From positions 11,036,001 to 11,100,000 of the forward strand of contig OU015569.1 in NCBI GenBank assembly GCA_907165135.1: DNA of 64,000 bases. The letters run 5' to 3'. The first letter of the stretch is position 1, and the number at the start of each line of letters is the position of its first letter. Origin of the DNA: Oikopleura dioica (taxonomy: Eukaryota > Animalia > Chordata). The notes under the pieces were generated by a model that was given only the letters and a program-made list of their open reading frames with translations, ran no database searches and was not told the origin of the DNA. The position numbers were made by a program, and so were the translations under genes. This document shows, in pieces, positions 61,254-64,000 of this stretch.

Positions 61254-63654
61254 GCGGTGGTTGTTCATTGAGTCGTCAAAAATGAAGTTCTAGGCTTATG
61301 AAAAATCTTTAACAAATAACCGTTTCGGCCTTACGGCTATTACTGTAATGATAAAGTTCTCTTGAAAAAATAAGGAAGATTGACTTTGAGAAAAAAAGTC
61401 AGCATGAAAATCGTGATCCTTGAGTTCTTGAAGAGCAGTATCAGTTCCGTTCGTGGAAAAAAGAGCAAACTGATAAGAGATGAAGAAAAAGAGAAGCAGA
61501 GCTTGGCCTGGCCGGTTATCAATCCTGTGTGTGTGTGTTTGTGGGGTGGTTGTTTCACTCAAGTGTTTGCATTCGTTGGAGCGGCGAAGAAAAGAACTTC
61601 GCTCCTTCCACCAGCTTGGGGAAACTATTCTTCGTCAGGACAACAATGCCAGCCCGGGCGCATACAGCTCTTTGGACAAAAAAGAAATCGCCCTTGAAGT
61701 ACCGACTCAATGAGTAGCTCCAGTTTCCGCAGTGAAAGAATACGCCGCACTAAACTAGCACGAACTTAATAGCACTGCTATTGTCTCCTCATTCCAGCTT
61801 CGAAAATCAAAAACTGAAAACGAAAAGCTCAACAAAAAACTCGATAAATCAAGTTTTCATAGTATTGAAATACGTATTCATCTTCAAAATCGACATTTCA
61901 AGAACAAGGTTGTACAAAAGTCGAACATTTTAGGGTTCCATTTTCAAGTATTTATCGACATTTTAGGAAGACTTTTGACCGTGATTGGTCAATGTTTTCA
62001 GAGATAGCGGCTAACCCTAACCCTAAATAAAAGCCTCTGATTTTGTAAAAGACCTTTGACTTGTGCATTGCGAAATCGATACAAATCGTCACAACGGATC
62101 AGTTCTGTATTTCATGCCATAATTCAAAATCACAGGCACCTCGGCGAATATTTGCCAAAGTTATTCGCACACTTTCTGACAGCCCGAGCAGCTGCGCAAC
62201 GGATCAAAATCTCCCTAATCAACTCCAGTCAAGCACGGTATTTCGCCGGTCTAATTGCCGCTAACAATCCTTTTTGGCACAGATCTGAGACCAGCAAATC
62301 TGACGCTTTCAATTACACTAATTTCAAGCGATGAGTCCTTCCTCGAAGTTTGAAATTTGTATATTTCGTCTACCGCTCGAAAATCGAAAAAGCACGAAGC
62401 ATGTCCAAAATTCTAGGCCTCGGAAAGCAGCTGCCAGTTGGATGCTGGCTCCGATTCGTAGCGCGAGCTTGATAAACGCTGATACAGTGGACGCTTGGCA
62501 AACGCACCCGTTTTCCTCATGTTTGAGCTCTTTCCGAGACTCTTTGTCCGTTTTTTCGAGCACACACGGGGCTCTTGTTTAAATTCTCAATTATTACAGC
62601 GACGGAACATTCCCACAGCAAAAATACGAAAAGCCAACTAAAATCGAGTCCTTTCAAAGATGAGCAAAATCGGCATTTTGTCTGAAATGACGACTTTCAA
62701 GCACTAGAAATACATAATTTAACTTCAATTTAGTTAATATGCTTCTCTGAATCAAGGTAGCCGAAAAAGATATCCAATTCAGGGATGCGTACAAAAACCA
62801 TAACTGCGGATTTATTTTGACTTATTTAAATTGAAGTATGATTATCAACAATTTGACTTTAAAATGAAACCATAATCATATGGATCTCATATTGGTGTGC
62901 CGCAACGGTACGTCATTCAAACCTACTAAATCCTAACGATAAAAAACTAGAATTTTTCGGTCAATAAAGAACGCGAAATTTTCAAGGAAGGTACTTTCGA
63001 TTTCATCCGCTGGATTAGGAATACGTCAAGACTGAAAGACACTTGTTGGTCAGTTCCTACAGCCATAGCTGTTACCATAACAATTCAGTAAGTTGAGGCG
63101 GGCGTGGCACTTTTTGGCAGGAGCCAGTTTTCGTTGCTTTTCAGAATGGTCGCTGTTTGCGCACGGAAGTCGCCAGGACCGATAACGAAAACCGCTAAAG
63201 GCCCCTTCTTTTAAATTTTGAGAAACCAAAAACCAAATCCTAACAACACGCGCGCTCGAGCTTGTTTGAAACACTAATTCGCTGGTCCAAAGGTCCAAAG
63301 ACTACTGTTACAAAATCGACGCCCTGCTAGGCGCACTCGTCGAAATAAATCGAAAACAATGGAAGTTCGGAAGCGCCCAATCGAGTAATAAACTTAGTGG
63401 GACGTCAATTAGTAGGATACAAACAACTCAACACAGCTACTGTATTAAGGGGGTAGACATCCTAAAGTTGATTTTCTAACAGAGATTTCTCTGAGATATC
63501 ATAACTTTAGTGGGAACTAAAAAAATCCCTCGACTTGGGATTGAACGATGAAGACCATAAATTTATTCAAAATTTTAAAAACAACACGAATCGGAGACGG
63601 GGATCATTGATAAAATGTCGCTTTTCAGCAAAAAAGCATTCCTACCAGAGCTGG

Positions 63655-64000
63655 AAAAAGTATACTTCCCCCGCACTTCAAAAATCTGCAGGGCGCCCTT
63701 CATTCTTGAAGGGCGGTGAAGTACGAAATGGCTCTGAAGTATACTTCACGCGCTGAGGTATACTTCCGCTATCGGTTCTTATCGAAAACTTTAGCTGCCA
63801 CTTCATCTGTCACAATCAGCGTGATTTAAATTATGGCGCCTGAGAGCCAATAAGCGCAAACTTTGAAAAATTCTGGCGGATGGATTCTGATGGCCGACAG
63901 AACCAAGTTGAAGTAGAGTGAAGGGCGGAAGTACACTTCACGCCCTTCAACGCCCTGAAGTATACTTCACGAAGTATACTTCATTCTGAAGGGCGAGTGA
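63655..64000. repeat. Cluster of palindromic GAAGTATACTTC and GAAGGGCG/CGCCCTTC motifs, running off the right edge
   Basis: GAAGTATACTTC near 63736, 63957 and 63973, variants near 63657, 63755 and 63927, and several GAAGGGCG/CGCCCTTC copies. Confidence 0.65.

Noticed and set aside
1-64000. tRNA, rRNA, snRNA or SL RNA genes
   Set aside because: No A/B-box cloverleaf, rRNA-like block or recognisable SL/U snRNA sequence was seen by eye. A covariance-model scan (tRNAscan-SE, Infernal) would be needed to exclude them.

Overview
Gene-dense animal DNA with very short introns (many about 40-70 nt) and several GA-AG introns. This signature points to the larvacean tunicate Oikopleura dioica or a close relative (inference, no search run). 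Genes in order: FILIP1-like (minus, runs off the left edge); a secreted sushi/CCP protein; IFT172 (minus); a small mitochondrial-type membrane protein; DHDDS; RIMBP2; an effector-type caspase; a small acidic orphan; a ZP-domain protein; an atypical kinase apparently fused to a papain-fold cysteine protease; TBX2/3; two small secreted Cys-containing proteins; Spire. One IFT172 intron carries a complete antisense PINCH/LIMS gene. Another carries a 2.45-kb TA-flanked TIR element filled with about 32 near-identical 56-bp hairpin-rich repeats. About 14.8 kb of gene-free, MITE-rich DNA lies upstream of TBX2/3, and the last 6 kb is non-coding with MITEs and minisatellites. The most interesting leads are the kinase-protease fusion (30745-32930) and the satellite-loaded transposon in IFT172 (13041-15492). 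A few single-site frameshifts may be long-read assembly errors. All exon models were built by hand and protein identities come from remembered family motifs.
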